NCBI RefSeq assembly: GCF_008831285.2
Contig: NC_045138.2
Location: 37,262,001 to 37,326,000, forward strand
Length of the DNA stretch: 64,000 bases
Origin: Nymphaea colorata
Taxonomy: Eukaryota
Reading direction: 5' to 3'
Position numbers and translations under genes: made by a program. A model generated the notes under the pieces. That model was not told the DNA's origin. It did no database searches and was given only the letters and a program-made list of their open reading frames with translations. Positions 13,840 through 25,679 of the stretch are shown here, one piece after another. Each line of letters begins with the position of its first letter. The stretch's first letter is position 1.

Positions 13840-14563
13840 GTCTTGGATGCTTACTTTGCTCCACCGAAGTTCCAGCATTCCGTGGCTATGATGGAGAGGA
13901 AAAGCTTAATGAACCACAAGCTAGCAAAGCTAGTAAGCTGTTGTATGAAATGATTTGGAACATGTTAGTCACAGTAATAGGATTATATGGTTTTTGAGAT
14001 ACGAGCTCTAGAAAAGATGAGCATCATGAGCACCCTCATGGATATATCCAATAAACATGATCGAGCATAACATACAAACACAAATTATACATAATAACTT
14101 ATCATTACTGCAATCTTTTTATCAATCTTCGTTCTCAAGGAAGCAAAAAAGTAGTCAGTCTTGATCTTTTCATGTTGGTGCGACAAATCTCTGTAGTTAG
14201 AGGAAAAATTAGCGTTGGGATGATGAATTTTCCTGTGAGAAGGCATACTGCTGGAATGGTGCAGTAGGCGAGCAGGGGAATGGATGTGAAGGGGTAGACG
14301 ATGGTGTTGATGTAGGCCAAGCGCTCCAGCCATTTGAGGTTGCCACCATAACCATACCACAGTGGGCAATGCCTGCTGAGGAAGATCTCCACCGAGACCA
14401 GCGCCCGCCTAAAGACTTGGTGCAGCCTATCTGACAGGTTCATGGGTGCAGAACCCTTAAATGCAGCCCTTGGAGGCATGCAATAAATTGACTTCCATCC
14501 CCTATAATGCATCTTGAATCCAATCAATATATCCTCTGTTACTGATCCATATATCCAGCCAGC
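13840..14563 (-). pseudogene. CESA: Cellulose synthase (CesA, CesA4-like) fragment: penultimate exon 14563-14213, intron, and start of last exon 13937-~13840
   Basis: [19 protein letters not shown]...[55 protein letters not shown] then LTSFASLWFIKLFLSIIAT/MLELRWSKVSIQD; QxxRW motif changed to QVFRR, donor GT reads CT, frameshift in last exon, truncated before WWRNEQFW. Confidence 0.9.
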
Positions 14564-14659
14564 CTGCGCACATAACAGAACCTTTTTACATTTTCCTTTT
14601 TACATTTTCCTTGCATAGCATGCATGCATTCCTCATTTTCCTTGCATAGCATGCATGCA

Positions 14660-14708
14660 TGTGTGTGTGTGTGTGTGTCAGGAGGGGGGGAGAGAGAGAG
14701 AGAGAGAG
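14660..14708. repeat. Compound (TG)n/(AG)n microsatellite
   Basis: Direct reading. Confidence 0.9.
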
Positions 14709-17479
14709 CACTGTATTGATGTGGTTGCCACTGCCCGCTATTATTCTCTTAATGCAATGGTGAGATATCTAGACCACAGTGAAAGTTTGCTCTATTGAAC
14801 TCCAGGGCAGCGGTGCAGAATAATCTCATTATATTCTACAACTTATTACTAAAATGGCACAATACCAATTTGGCTCTGGTTTTTCCTTTAGATTTCTCTC
14901 TCCGTAGAGTTCAAGAAGATCTGAACTGGACCAACTGGTGTTCTTTAACACAAGATTGAGGATTTGCTTTTCAGCTTGAATAATTTCAGAATTTTTTTTT
15001 AGTTGAATTGTGATTGGCAGACGCCCAAAAAATCGCTTCAACAAAAGCTATGATGGAAATTTCAACTTGATCAGGTCTCTCTTTCTCAACAAGCAGAACA
15101 AGAACTTTGGTTTTATGATCAACCTTTTAGTTGCTTTAATGATATGAGCACATGTTTAGAAACATTACATTTGAAGGGGCACTTATATATGTATAAAAAT
15201 AAATATTAAATTTTTTAATGTAAAAATAAACAAATTTTAACAAACTGGAGTGGGCAACTGCCCACCCTAGCCCACATGTGGCTACACCACTGGCTTACAC
15301 CTATATGTGTATGCAGGTGTCAAGCATGCTGTAGCTGACCTATGCAGTGAACATGACCATCAAAGGGTCACTGAATAAGTAAGTTGCAAGGACTTCATGT
15401 CAGCTGTGATTTGTATTGTCGGATTCTATTCTTTCTCCTATAATTTGTCTTTTAAGTTTGTTGTTAGTAACCAGCTTACACCTCATTCTTTTCGTTCAGA
15501 ATGAAAGAAATCAGTGGCTAGCTAACACTTTATCAGTAAAGAAATCATTTATATTCTTTCCATTGATTATGTGATTCTGTTGGCATTGTTGTTCCTCAGA
15601 AGAAGCTGTCGAGGTCTGGATTGTTTTGGTAACTAAGTTCTCGTAGAGGCTCAAGAAGACGGCTTACATGCAAAATTTGGAGACTGTTGGGAGTTCAAGT
15701 CTTTAAGAAATTACAGCTCAATCTTGATAGCTTGTTAAGGTGATTATGGTTCTTTCTCTGTCCTAATATGCCTGTGTGAAAATAGTGGGGTTTTTTATTA
15801 GGTTGCTCCATTCTTAGATTGTTATTTTCACTTTGTCCAGTCGTTTGGTTTTCCTTCATCCGATTGTGAGTTTTCAGCCATCTCTACTGTGAGTTTTCAG
15901 CCATCATTTAATGCACCTGAAGCAAATTTGTAAAATTTTCCATGGTTTTTCAAACTGTCTTTTTAACAAGTCATGGTTGTTAGATTTCTGTAACGTCTGG
16001 CATCTTGCATACATCTATCTAATTGGATTTCAGCTGGGGCTCTTCTCTTTTGGCCAATATAATTTTGAGAATTTTTGGGCTTGTAGTTTCTCTTTGTGTG
16101 TCGTTTTTGTCTTGTAGTTACCCTTGATCCGGCGGCGGTTGATGAACCCCAGGCCCAATCGGTTAGAGACCGGCGATTCCAACGGATTGGAGCCGGACAT
16201 CCTGCTGCTGGAGGGTGATTTTGGGTGACTGAAACACTAATGCTTCTTCTTCCTCTTCGAAGTTTCAATCCAGGAAAACCCCACACGGACAGTGAAAAAG
16301 ACAGAGGGAGAGATGACCCCGCCCAAAAAAAAAAAAAAAAACAAGACGAGACTCTCAGAAGAAAAATCTTGCAAGGAAAAAACAGAGGAAACAGAAATCT
16401 TGATTTACTGATTCAAGAAACAAAAATAAAGAATAAAAAAGATCGGACCTTCCATATTCTGCACGCCAAATTCGAGAGTGGTTTGTATTCGGATTCAAAT
16501 GTTGGCACTAGATCGGCCAAGAAATGGATTCACAATTTATGTCATGTTACACAACGTCACATAAAAAAAACAAACCCATTATATATATATATATATATGT
16601 AGAAATACCAATATAAAATAAGAAGTCGTTGACCACATGTAACCCGCACCCACCTCCGCCCTTAATTTAGTATGAATAATATTAGGCAAGAACTTGAATA
16701 CGCATGGTTGGACGTAATTGGCCGTCAGATCGAGATTTGGATTAAGACATGGAATGTGATTTGGATTTTTAAAAAATGACATCAGATTCAAATTAAAATT
16801 TAAACGTTGAGTTTGTATTTGATTTTGAATAAGTTTCTTATATCCAATTTGAAAGTTGGTTTTTTTAAGTAATGTAAAAATGTGGATCCGATTTGGTGGC
16901 ATATTTAAAAGTTCGGCTTCCGAGGTCAATTTAAAAGCAGGATTAGGGGCAGATCAAATTTTAAATCTAGATATGGTACGGACTTATTTATTTGCGTTCA
17001 AACTGTCGACACATTTTTAATTTTATTCGACGATTCGTAAATTTTAAAGCATGCAGACTCACATTGGAAATTACTTTTCGAAAACCATTAAAATAGTAAG
17101 TTTGTCCGTTCAAACACCAAGAGATGGTTTATGTTCTATCCACAAGCTAGTTTATGTTTCTCTTTCTATACGCAAATATGAAACAAAAAAGAGAAGTCTC
17201 GAAAATACTCTTTCATTTAATATAAGATTGGGAAGACATGTTGGTGAATTTGTCAAAAATTCTATCAGTTTTCTACTTTAACTAACAAAGCAAACATTAA
17301 AAGAATGTAAGCTGTGTAAACTTTTACCGGTCTTGAAGATATTTTAGGGAGCATTTCAAAACCTGATCAGTGATTTAAGATCATTGGGAATCTCATATCC
17401 ACCGTCCAACCCTTCTTCCATCCCGGCCTCAAATCAAATTAAACTTTTGCTCATAAGCTGAGGATCACAAATTCAATCA

Positions 17480-18030
17480 ACTCAACAAGTCCTAGCTGGT
17501 TCAGCGGATATCAAAGATAATCATCAGATGGGTATTTGGGTGAACGACCAGAATTGATCGTAGATCAAGTGGGGTGGGATCAGCGGTTTGACCTACCTTG
17601 GATTTTTTGTTAAATTTGGATTTGAGATCTATAGTTTGGATCAGAGGTCTAAGCTGATCTGGTTTAGTTGTTGAATTTGGGTTTTAGACTTATCATTTGG
17701 ATCAAGGGCCTAATCCGGGATCTAGATCAAAGGCCTAATTCGATCTGATTTGGATGTTAGATTTGACACTTGGCATATGGATCAGGGGCCTAATCTGATC
17801 CAATTTCTAAGTTAGATTTGACTTTTACATTTCAGGTTTAGATTAGTGGTCTAATTTGAACTGGTCTAGATGTATCATTTCGACTTTAAATATAGTTGGG
17901 ATCAGAAATCTAATATAAACGGCTTTTGGTGTTGGATTTCAATTTTAGACATAGGGTCTCGATCAGAGGTCCAATCAGATCCAGTTTAAGTGTTGTACTT
18001 AGATTTAAGGCAAAATCTAGATCAATACTC
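17480..18030. repeat. Degenerate ~59-60 bp tandem array (ggtctaatctgatc..tttagatgttggattt..), same family as 25890-27400
   Basis: Recurring gatc..ggtctaat(c/t)tgat motif; shared lead-in ggtatttgg.tgaacgacca at ~17531 and ~26998. Confidence 0.65.
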
Positions 18031-18124
18031 CATCTAGCGACATGATGTGCGCTAGTTTCAAAACATCCCAATAAAAAGACATTGTAGCGAAAATGGGTCA
18101 TTATTCAAAAGATGAAGATCTCAA

Positions 18125-20467
18125 CTAAGGGCAGAGCTCTATAAGGGAGTGCACGCCCATGGTAGTAACAATTTTGTAGCTGGAAAAGCCAGCATCCATA
18201 AACAACTTCTTCCATTCCTCTTCGTTGCGTTCCTTGCCATTGTGCAGTACCATCATATGGAGATCCAGCATCAGTTGTACTTCGTTAAACACCTGATCAT
18301 CCCATTTCTTCCTCACTATGTCTGCAACGATGACCTTCCCTCCTGGTTTGGGGATGGCCTCCTTGCACCGTCTCAGTATCTTCAGGCACTCTTCCTCATC
18401 CCAGTCATGGAGAATCCTCTTCAAACAAGCAACAATTTAAATAAAACAATATGATATCACAGTAAGAGAACGTTGTTTTTCCTGCCTAAGAAGGTTTTTC
18501 TTATTACCTTTGCATCTCTGCAAACTTTTAGTTTCTCTAAAGGAAAAAAAAAAAAAAAGCTTCGGGGCATAGATAACTACGAGATCTTGTACCTAGGAAA
18601 CCAACCATCTTTTCCCTCGTAGATTGTAGTAATGCATGCGCCTCATTCGTTTTTTAAAAAAGAAAAAATGAATGGTGGGGATCATTTTTCTAGACACCAT
18701 TCGGTTGGGCTGAAATCAGGGTTGTAAACGCCAGAAATTGAATTACATCAGCCTTGATATCGATGATTTTATGAATTGGAATCTTGAAATATAAATAAAT
18801 CCCAATGTCAACACATAAATGGAAAAATTAAAGAAAGACAAAACAAAAAGTACTTGCTGTTTTTGCAGAAAGGTCTGGCTACAAGGACAGATGAAGTTAA
18901 ACCTTAGGTGACAACTAAGTCTGGGCATAGGTGACAACTAACCCAGGGCATCGGGTCCGCGAAAGCACCAGTACATGGTTTGATTGGGCTTGGGCCAGAA
19001 AAAACCACTCCTCATCGGTTAATTAACTTTTTTATACTATTTTAATTATTAATAATATATGTTTTATTATTTAAAATATAATTTTTAATAAAAAAATTGT
19101 TTTATATTTTAAAAATATTTTTTATTTTAATCGGGCCGAGCCCAGGCATCTGGCCTGATGCCGAGGCCTATTGACAACGAAGAAGCCGAAGCTTTTCAAC
19201 TGAATCAGTCGAAAAAAATTAGATTATGAAAAAATTAATATCCAATTAAGAAATCAGATCAGATTCAAATATAAAAATGGCATCAGATGGAATTTTGATT
19301 CAGATCGAATTTATTTTTAAACAAATATCCTATACCAAGCTTCATTACATTTTGAAAATTAATCAGATTTGGTTCAAAATTCAAATTTGAATGTGAATAT
19401 AAAAATCAGATTCAATGGGATCTAACTTTTCTTCATTCTTATGGGAATCTGATTTGAATCTGACTTTGACATCCCTATTGAGAGCTAGAATTGGAATCAG
19501 AGTGGTTGAAAAGCTGTCACTAAGGAGGTGAGGTGCTCTTTACATGCCAACATACTAAATGGGCTATATTATGCCCTTGAAGCAAACTAAATCGGCTATG
19601 CTATTGAAGCAAGTGCCTGGGGGATTGTTGCTGTTGGCAAAAGAAATATTCAACAATGAACTGGCCAGCGAGCGTTACCTTGAGAAAGACAGCATCAGCT
19701 GGTGGTATCGACTCAAACATATCACCACCAATGGCGACAACATTAGGAGGTGGTGACGATGCAGCCACGACATGGGGTTGGTCCAACACCATGCACTTGA
19801 TGTGTGGGAAGGCATCGGCTATGAGCCCAGCGACGGTCCCATTCCCACCCCCGACATCCACAAGCGAGCTCATGCCCTCAAAAACTTCGCTGCACCCTTC
19901 AACCATCCTACTTATAAACTGTTTGGAAGTACTGGACATGGCGTCATTGAACACCTTGTTCATTGCAGGATCAAGGCTCACCTCCTTCCAGAATGGTTCC
20001 CCATGCTTAGCCTCAAAGACTGTGGGGTGACCCTCCCCAGATCGGAACCAAGCGGCCAAGTTGTCCCAGGCAGAGACTGCCATCGGATGGAGGCTTAGCA
20101 TGGCAAGCGGTGACATACAGTATGGGTCATCTCTTACCAACAGCCTAGACATCGGCGTCAATCCATAAGAAACTTCATGTTCTTCTTCGCCGCTCAGTTT
20201 TAGCTCTTCGGCAAACACGCCGGTGTGCACTAGCAAGTGCATCAGGCGATCGAGGCACGGGACCTCAACCGTGGAGCTGATCGGGATCTTGGCTGCCAAT
20301 TGAGAAGCAGTCAGTGGCCCGCCAGCACTGTGGATGATGTCGGCTATGCCAAGTTCGATGGCAGCCTTGACTGAGTAGGATTTCATGTATGAGATCATGA
20401 GGCTCTCAAGGTGAGCCCGAACTGTAAGTTCTGTCGTCTTCTTTTGGACATGCATATTTCGCTCCAT
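18125..20467 (-). CDS. O-methyltransferase paralog 3; exons 20467-19679, 18418-18125; 360 aa
   Basis: VDVGGGNG, DQPHV, GDMFESIP, K|RILHDWDE, GKER; 1260-bp GT..AG intron; open frame. Confidence 0.95.
18916..19170. mobile_element. hAT-type MITE in the intron of OMT paralog 3
   Basis: Imperfect TIRs TAAGTCTGGGCAT / ATGCCGAGGCCTA; 8-bp flanks gtgacaac / ttgacaac (7/8 TSD); AT-rich core; relative at 42641-42997. Confidence 0.75.
19200..19477. mobile_element. Truncated hAT-type MITE in the intron of OMT paralog 3
   Basis: Ends in TTGACATCCCTA with ATCAGAT/GATTTG repeats, like the element at 44021-44457; left TIR not found. Confidence 0.55.
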
Positions 20468-20691
20468 CACTCTAAATTGGAGGAAGGAAAGGATCCTAAC
20501 ACTAACACTCTAATTGAAGGAAGGAAAGGATCCTGACAAATGGGAGTGCAGGTTGGAGTCCAAGCATGGAGGGCCAGCTCTTATTTAAAAGGTTTAGTTG
20601 CACACGAGAGAATAACAGATCAGCTTCCGTCACTCCAAAGCAAAAGAGTCGCTGGAAAAACTTTAGTCATGGACACACACGGGTCACCACT

Positions 20692-21238
20692 CACCAGAAG
20701 TTAGCAAAACTACCGTTCTTCTCTACCATTCTTCCTCTTTGATTTCCTATTCCCGGCGAACAGCTGCCGTCAATTTTAATTTCGCTGCAGTGTTATGGCC
20801 CTTCACATCAGCAGCATGGTCATCGAAGTGTACTGTACTAATGCATCAGGAGGTGGTCATGTCATGTGTCACGTCGAGAAGATGCCCTCCTCTCAGGATG
20901 GCACGTAGAGGTCCGTGACTTTTGTTGTGTTTACAAAAGTCACTGGAATATTTGATGAAAACAATCAAATAGGAGCATGAGGATTAAGTAGTCGCAAGTG
21001 ATTGACGGTCACCAGAACTTAGCCAAACTACCATTCTTAACTTTCCGGTCAAAACTCTACCGTTCTTCCTCCTTGATTTCGTACTCCCGGCGAACAGCTG
21101 CCAGCAATATTAATTTTGGTGCAATGTTACTGCACATCAAATCAGCAGCACGGTCATCGAAATGTGCTGAACCAACGCATCAGGAGGTGGCCATGTGTCA
21201 CACTGAGAAGATGCCCTCCTCTCAGGATGGAACGTAGA
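20692..21238. repeat. Imperfect duplication (~220-230 bp aligned, ~320 bp offset) upstream of OMT paralog 3
   Basis: caccagaa.ttagc.aaactacc...cccggcgaacagctgcc...gagaagatgccctcctctcaggatgg.acgtaga at 20692-20908 and 21010-21238. Confidence 0.85.
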
Positions 21239-22040
21239 TCTCGGTGGGCGTGCCATAACCCCGCCCATTTTGGCAGTCCCCAGGATCAGATGAATACGGC
21301 ACGTGGAAAGTTAGTGACGTTGATTGATTCTTGTTCTGTACAGAAATGGAGAACAGAAAATGACCTGAAGTCGTTATCTTGAACAGGACCTAAAAAACTA
21401 GATTATTGAGTAATTCAGGTCGGACTCGCCATCCGGTAGAACAATTATGGACGATTTTTCAAGGTCGGAAATTTCGAAAATTAATGTCTTTACCGGTGAT
21501 GTTCGAGGGGCGGCAGGAGCCTTCACCCCGTAGACCTTAAACCCTGTAAATTTTAAAAATTTTAATTTAACATATATAAAAAATGTTATTAAATTTTAAA
21601 AATTATGGTTCGACCTTTATGACAAACAATCACTAGCTCCACATTTATATTCCAGTGACTTTAGTTGTGTTTGCGTTGTATACTGAATCCTACACTACTG
21701 CTTACATACGATAAGTATATATAATCAATGAATAGGTTATTCCAGGTTTTTAGTTTTGAAGAAGGTACTTTGAGCTTAATTAAACCCTCCATGTGCACCA
21801 CCCCTTAGCATCAACCTTATTTTATAAGGTTAGTTGAGGTGCTTAGTCAGTGCACTGGGATTTGCACCAATGGCTGAGTCACATGTGGTTTGGTGTGGTA
21901 AACCTAAAAAATACCTTACACCATTTGGGAATGCATACTTTTTCTACGGTACATCCAAAACGGTCATATATATCCCGGACAACTTAATTTTCATGGTTTA
22001 GCATTTTTAAAAATTCATTTAGTCGATAATGGCAATACGT

Positions 22041-22207
22041 TAGAGCTGATGTTATTATTTTCACGCTTTCTTGGAGTTTTTAAAGTCCAAGAAAAATGAA
22101 CATAGAGCTGATCTTATTATTTTCACGCTTTCTTGGAGTTTTTAAAGTACAAGAAAAATGAACATAGAGCTGATCTTATTATTTTCACTCATTTCTTGGA
22201 GTTTTTA
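22041..22207. repeat. Tandem repeat, 62-bp unit, ~2.7 copies
   Basis: tagagctgat.ttattattttcac.ctttcttggagttttta repeated from 22041, 22103 and 22165. Confidence 0.9.
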
Positions 22208-23405
22208 GAGGGATTGAAATTACATTAAAAATGCATTTCCTTTCTTTTCATGTCTCTTGTATCCAAACAAGGTTATTAGTTCTCTCTTCTTTTCTCTCCA
22301 TATTAAGTAGTAATTCAAATAGAAGAAAGAATTTGTGCTGCTCGGTGGGACGAGGATTCGGGAGTGCTGGTCCGGTTTTGAACTTCAACGGACAAAAAAT
22401 CCATGTAGCCTTCCCTAGTGAGGGATGAGTTTGAACGTTTGAAATGAAGAGGCGTGCGGTTAGCAGGCCTCAGTTATCTTAATGACAATGATCTTTATAT
22501 TTTCAAGAAATACTGTTTTTTTTTTTTTTTTGACTTTGTAACGATAATGAATGTTAATAAATGACAATTTTTTAAGTTGCCATGAAGGCTTTTAGTGCCA
22601 TTCTTAAATCGCCATAAAAGGTGGACTGACATGTGAAGCACATGCCACTAAGAATCTACAATGGCATTTAACTTTGTCATATAGAGAACTTTTTTTGCGC
22701 TTTCTTAAAGTCATGGAAAATGTTTAGTGGCACTTATTTTATGCCATAGTAGATTCATAGCAGTGTTTGAAAAATGTCACTAATAACCTTTCACTTGACG
22801 TTTCCAAATAGAGTCACCGCAGGAACTTTCTTTGGTGCTTCCAGTGGCGTGCGCCTTACCTTCAGTGACAATTTGTAGACGTTAGCTCATCTTCTCTCTC
22901 TGTCTTTCCACCTATGCACATGGTTTCAGGCGAAACCCCCTGTGTCCTGAAAAAAAAGATGGGCTAGTTTTTCACCAAGTCCATTTTTTATGATTTATAT
23001 CGCCGGAAAAAATGGCTATCGAAGCAGCCCGTCGACTTTGCCCTTTTTTTATTAATTTTTCGTCCACGAAAAACTCAGTGACTTCAACGTGCAAAATTTC
23101 CATCTACCGTTCCGTGGAGGGGGATGAGTTTGGTCGGCCTTCACTTTATGTTCTTGTCCCTCCCTCTTGTGAATAAAAATAATTCAGAATTAGAAGCTGA
23201 TGCACTCTAACATAGGCACTTGCACATGCGACATGAATGCCGTCCTTGGAATATTAATGCATTCAAGAAAGCAATTGAAAGGCGCAAGTGCCCACTCGGT
23301 CTTAAATTAAAACAAAACTGACCTCTCAAGAACTCGTGAACTTGTCTACTTCCAGCTGCAGTTTCATAATTCCTTTGACATTCTTTCCTTCCCTGCACTA
23401 GAGTG

Positions 23406-25190
23406 ATGGAAGAGAAGATGAATGTCCAAGATCAGGGGACTCTGAAGCAGGCATCACAAGCCCACCTTCAGAACCTTCTCAACTCCTACATGAAATCCTA
23501 CTCAGTCAAGGCCGCCATCGAGCTCGGCATAGCAGACGTCATCCACAGCCATGGTCAGCCGCTCACCGCCTCTCAGTTGGCCGCCAAGATCCCCATCAGC
23601 TCCTCCGTCGACGTCTTGCGCCTCGATCGCCTGATGCGCTTGCTGGTGCACACCGGCGTGTTCGCCGAGGAGAAAAGGATGGCCGGTGAAAAAGGGGAGG
23701 AAGTTTTGTATGGATTGACGCCAGTGTCTAGGCTGATGCTAAGGGACAGCCCAGTTAGTATGTCACCGCTTGCAATGCTGAGCCTCCATCCCTTGTATGT
23801 CTCTGCGTGGGACAATTTGGCAGCTTGGTTTCGATCAACGGAGGGTTACCCTACAGCCTTTGAGGCGAAGCACGGGGAACCATTGTGGGTGAAGGCGAGC
23901 AACTATCCTGCGCTTAACAAGCTATTCAATGAGTCCATGTCTAACCTTTCCAAACTGCTTATGGGTAGCATGATTGAAAGGTGTGGTGAAGTGTTCAAGG
24001 GTGTGAGCTCCCTTGTGGATGTTGGGGGCGGGGATGGCACCGTGGCTGGGCTCATAGCCGATGCTTTCCCACACATCAAGTGCATGGTGTTGGAGTTACC
24101 TCATGTTGTCGGTTCATCATCACTGCAACTACCTAACGTTGTCGCCATTGGAGGTGATATGTTCGAGTCAGTACCACCAGCTGATGCAGTCCTTCTCAAG
24201 GTAATATGGATCTGCACACCAGTTCCCTTGTTGAATCTTTTTGTAGGCCAACCCCAAATACTGAGCTTCAGGCGTCCTTCAACTTATTTTTCTCTGTGTG
24301 CCCACGAGTTGTTCGATAATCTAGAAATCCCGATTTGAGAAGGTCACCTAGTTAGTTGATCGCATGTCTGTTGTGCATTCAAACTACCTGCTCCCTGTAA
24401 TAATAGTTCTTTTAAGAGTTAATGGTGGTCATAACTTCCTTCAGTTTGATTTAGACATCTGAAATTTCAAGATTTTTTTCTGTCAGACACTTTCCAAGGC
24501 TCTGCAACAGTTGGATGTCAAAGAAATGTTCAAAAGTTTCTTCATCACCGCAACAATATAAAATTACTTTATTTCGAAGCTCCGTAAAATTGAATTGGAT
24601 GTGATCAAATTTCTATGTTTTTTTCTAAACAAAAATCGTTCCTCAAATAACAAAACAAAAATTTAGCCACACACACAGATACAGAGGAAGAGGGAGGACT
24701 CCAATCTGTAGGAAATGGCAGACATTAAGTATATTCTTGGTAGCTACCAGTGACAGGAAGCATTGTTTAAGTAGAAGTTTGCTTGCCCAGGCGCAACAGA
24801 AGATAGAAAAACCTTTTCAGAGAAGAAAAGAATGCACCCTTTTCTGTTTAATTGTGATTGTCTGAGTATGATCTCCCTATTATTTTCTGTTTGAAGGCTA
24901 TTATGCACAATTGGGATGACGACAAGTGCGTGAAGATATTGACACGGTGCAAGGAGGCGATCCCAAATCCAGGAGGGAAGGTCCTCATTGTGGACATAGT
25001 AAGCAAGAAATGGGCTGATCAAGTGTTTAATGAAATGCAACTGAACCATGATCTCATTATGACGGTATTCTTCGACGGCAAGGAACGCAATGAAGAGGAC
25101 TGGAAGAAGCTGATTATTGAAGCTGGCTTCTCCAGCTACAAAATAGTTACCACCGTGGGCGTCTACTCTCTAATAGAGGTCTTCCCTTAA
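23406..25190 (+). CDS. O-methyltransferase paralog 4; exons 23406-24200, 24897-25190; 362 aa
   Basis: VDVGGGDG, ELPHV, GDMFESVP, K|AIMHNWDD, GKER; 696-bp GT..AG intron; open frame. Confidence 0.95.
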
Positions 25191-25679
25191 TTGGGAATTC
25201 AGATCAGCTCACTATGTTGTTTGTGTTGTAGCTTGTTAATTTGAAACACCTCAATGACCTCATTTCCAAGTCCAATAGCTATAGCCTTTGGCTTCTATCA
25301 AACATTGAATATGTTCAATCGACTTGGTAAACCCACCAAGAAATTAATAATACTTTGCTTTTCATTTGTCCGGCTTTGCTATAGTGGCCACACTTCACTT
25401 AGGTGGTTTCCCTTATCCTCTTGCTTGCCCATCTTACACAATTTCATTTGGTGGATTAAAAGCAGCAACAGGTGGCTCGATGTTTAGACATCACATTGCT
25501 TTTCTTCTTGAATAAGAAGGGAATAAGTATTTGCCACACTGGGTGTGAGTTCCACAAGCAATATTTGGGTGCTAACATGCATGGTTATAACAATCATGCA
25601 TGCCCAATAAAAATTGCAGTATTTAATTTTGTTGTTGGAGCTTAAATTCAGCTTTAATTGCTTCACAAAGATATGCACA

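Noticed and set aside
15598..15740. bZIP-like RLKKTAYMQNLE peptide
   Set aside because: Too short, flanked by stops, basic-region Asn motif absent
22041..22207. CRISPR-like appearance of short repeats (also 25890-27400)
   Set aside because: Units are contiguous with no unique spacers; eukaryotic context with no cas genes
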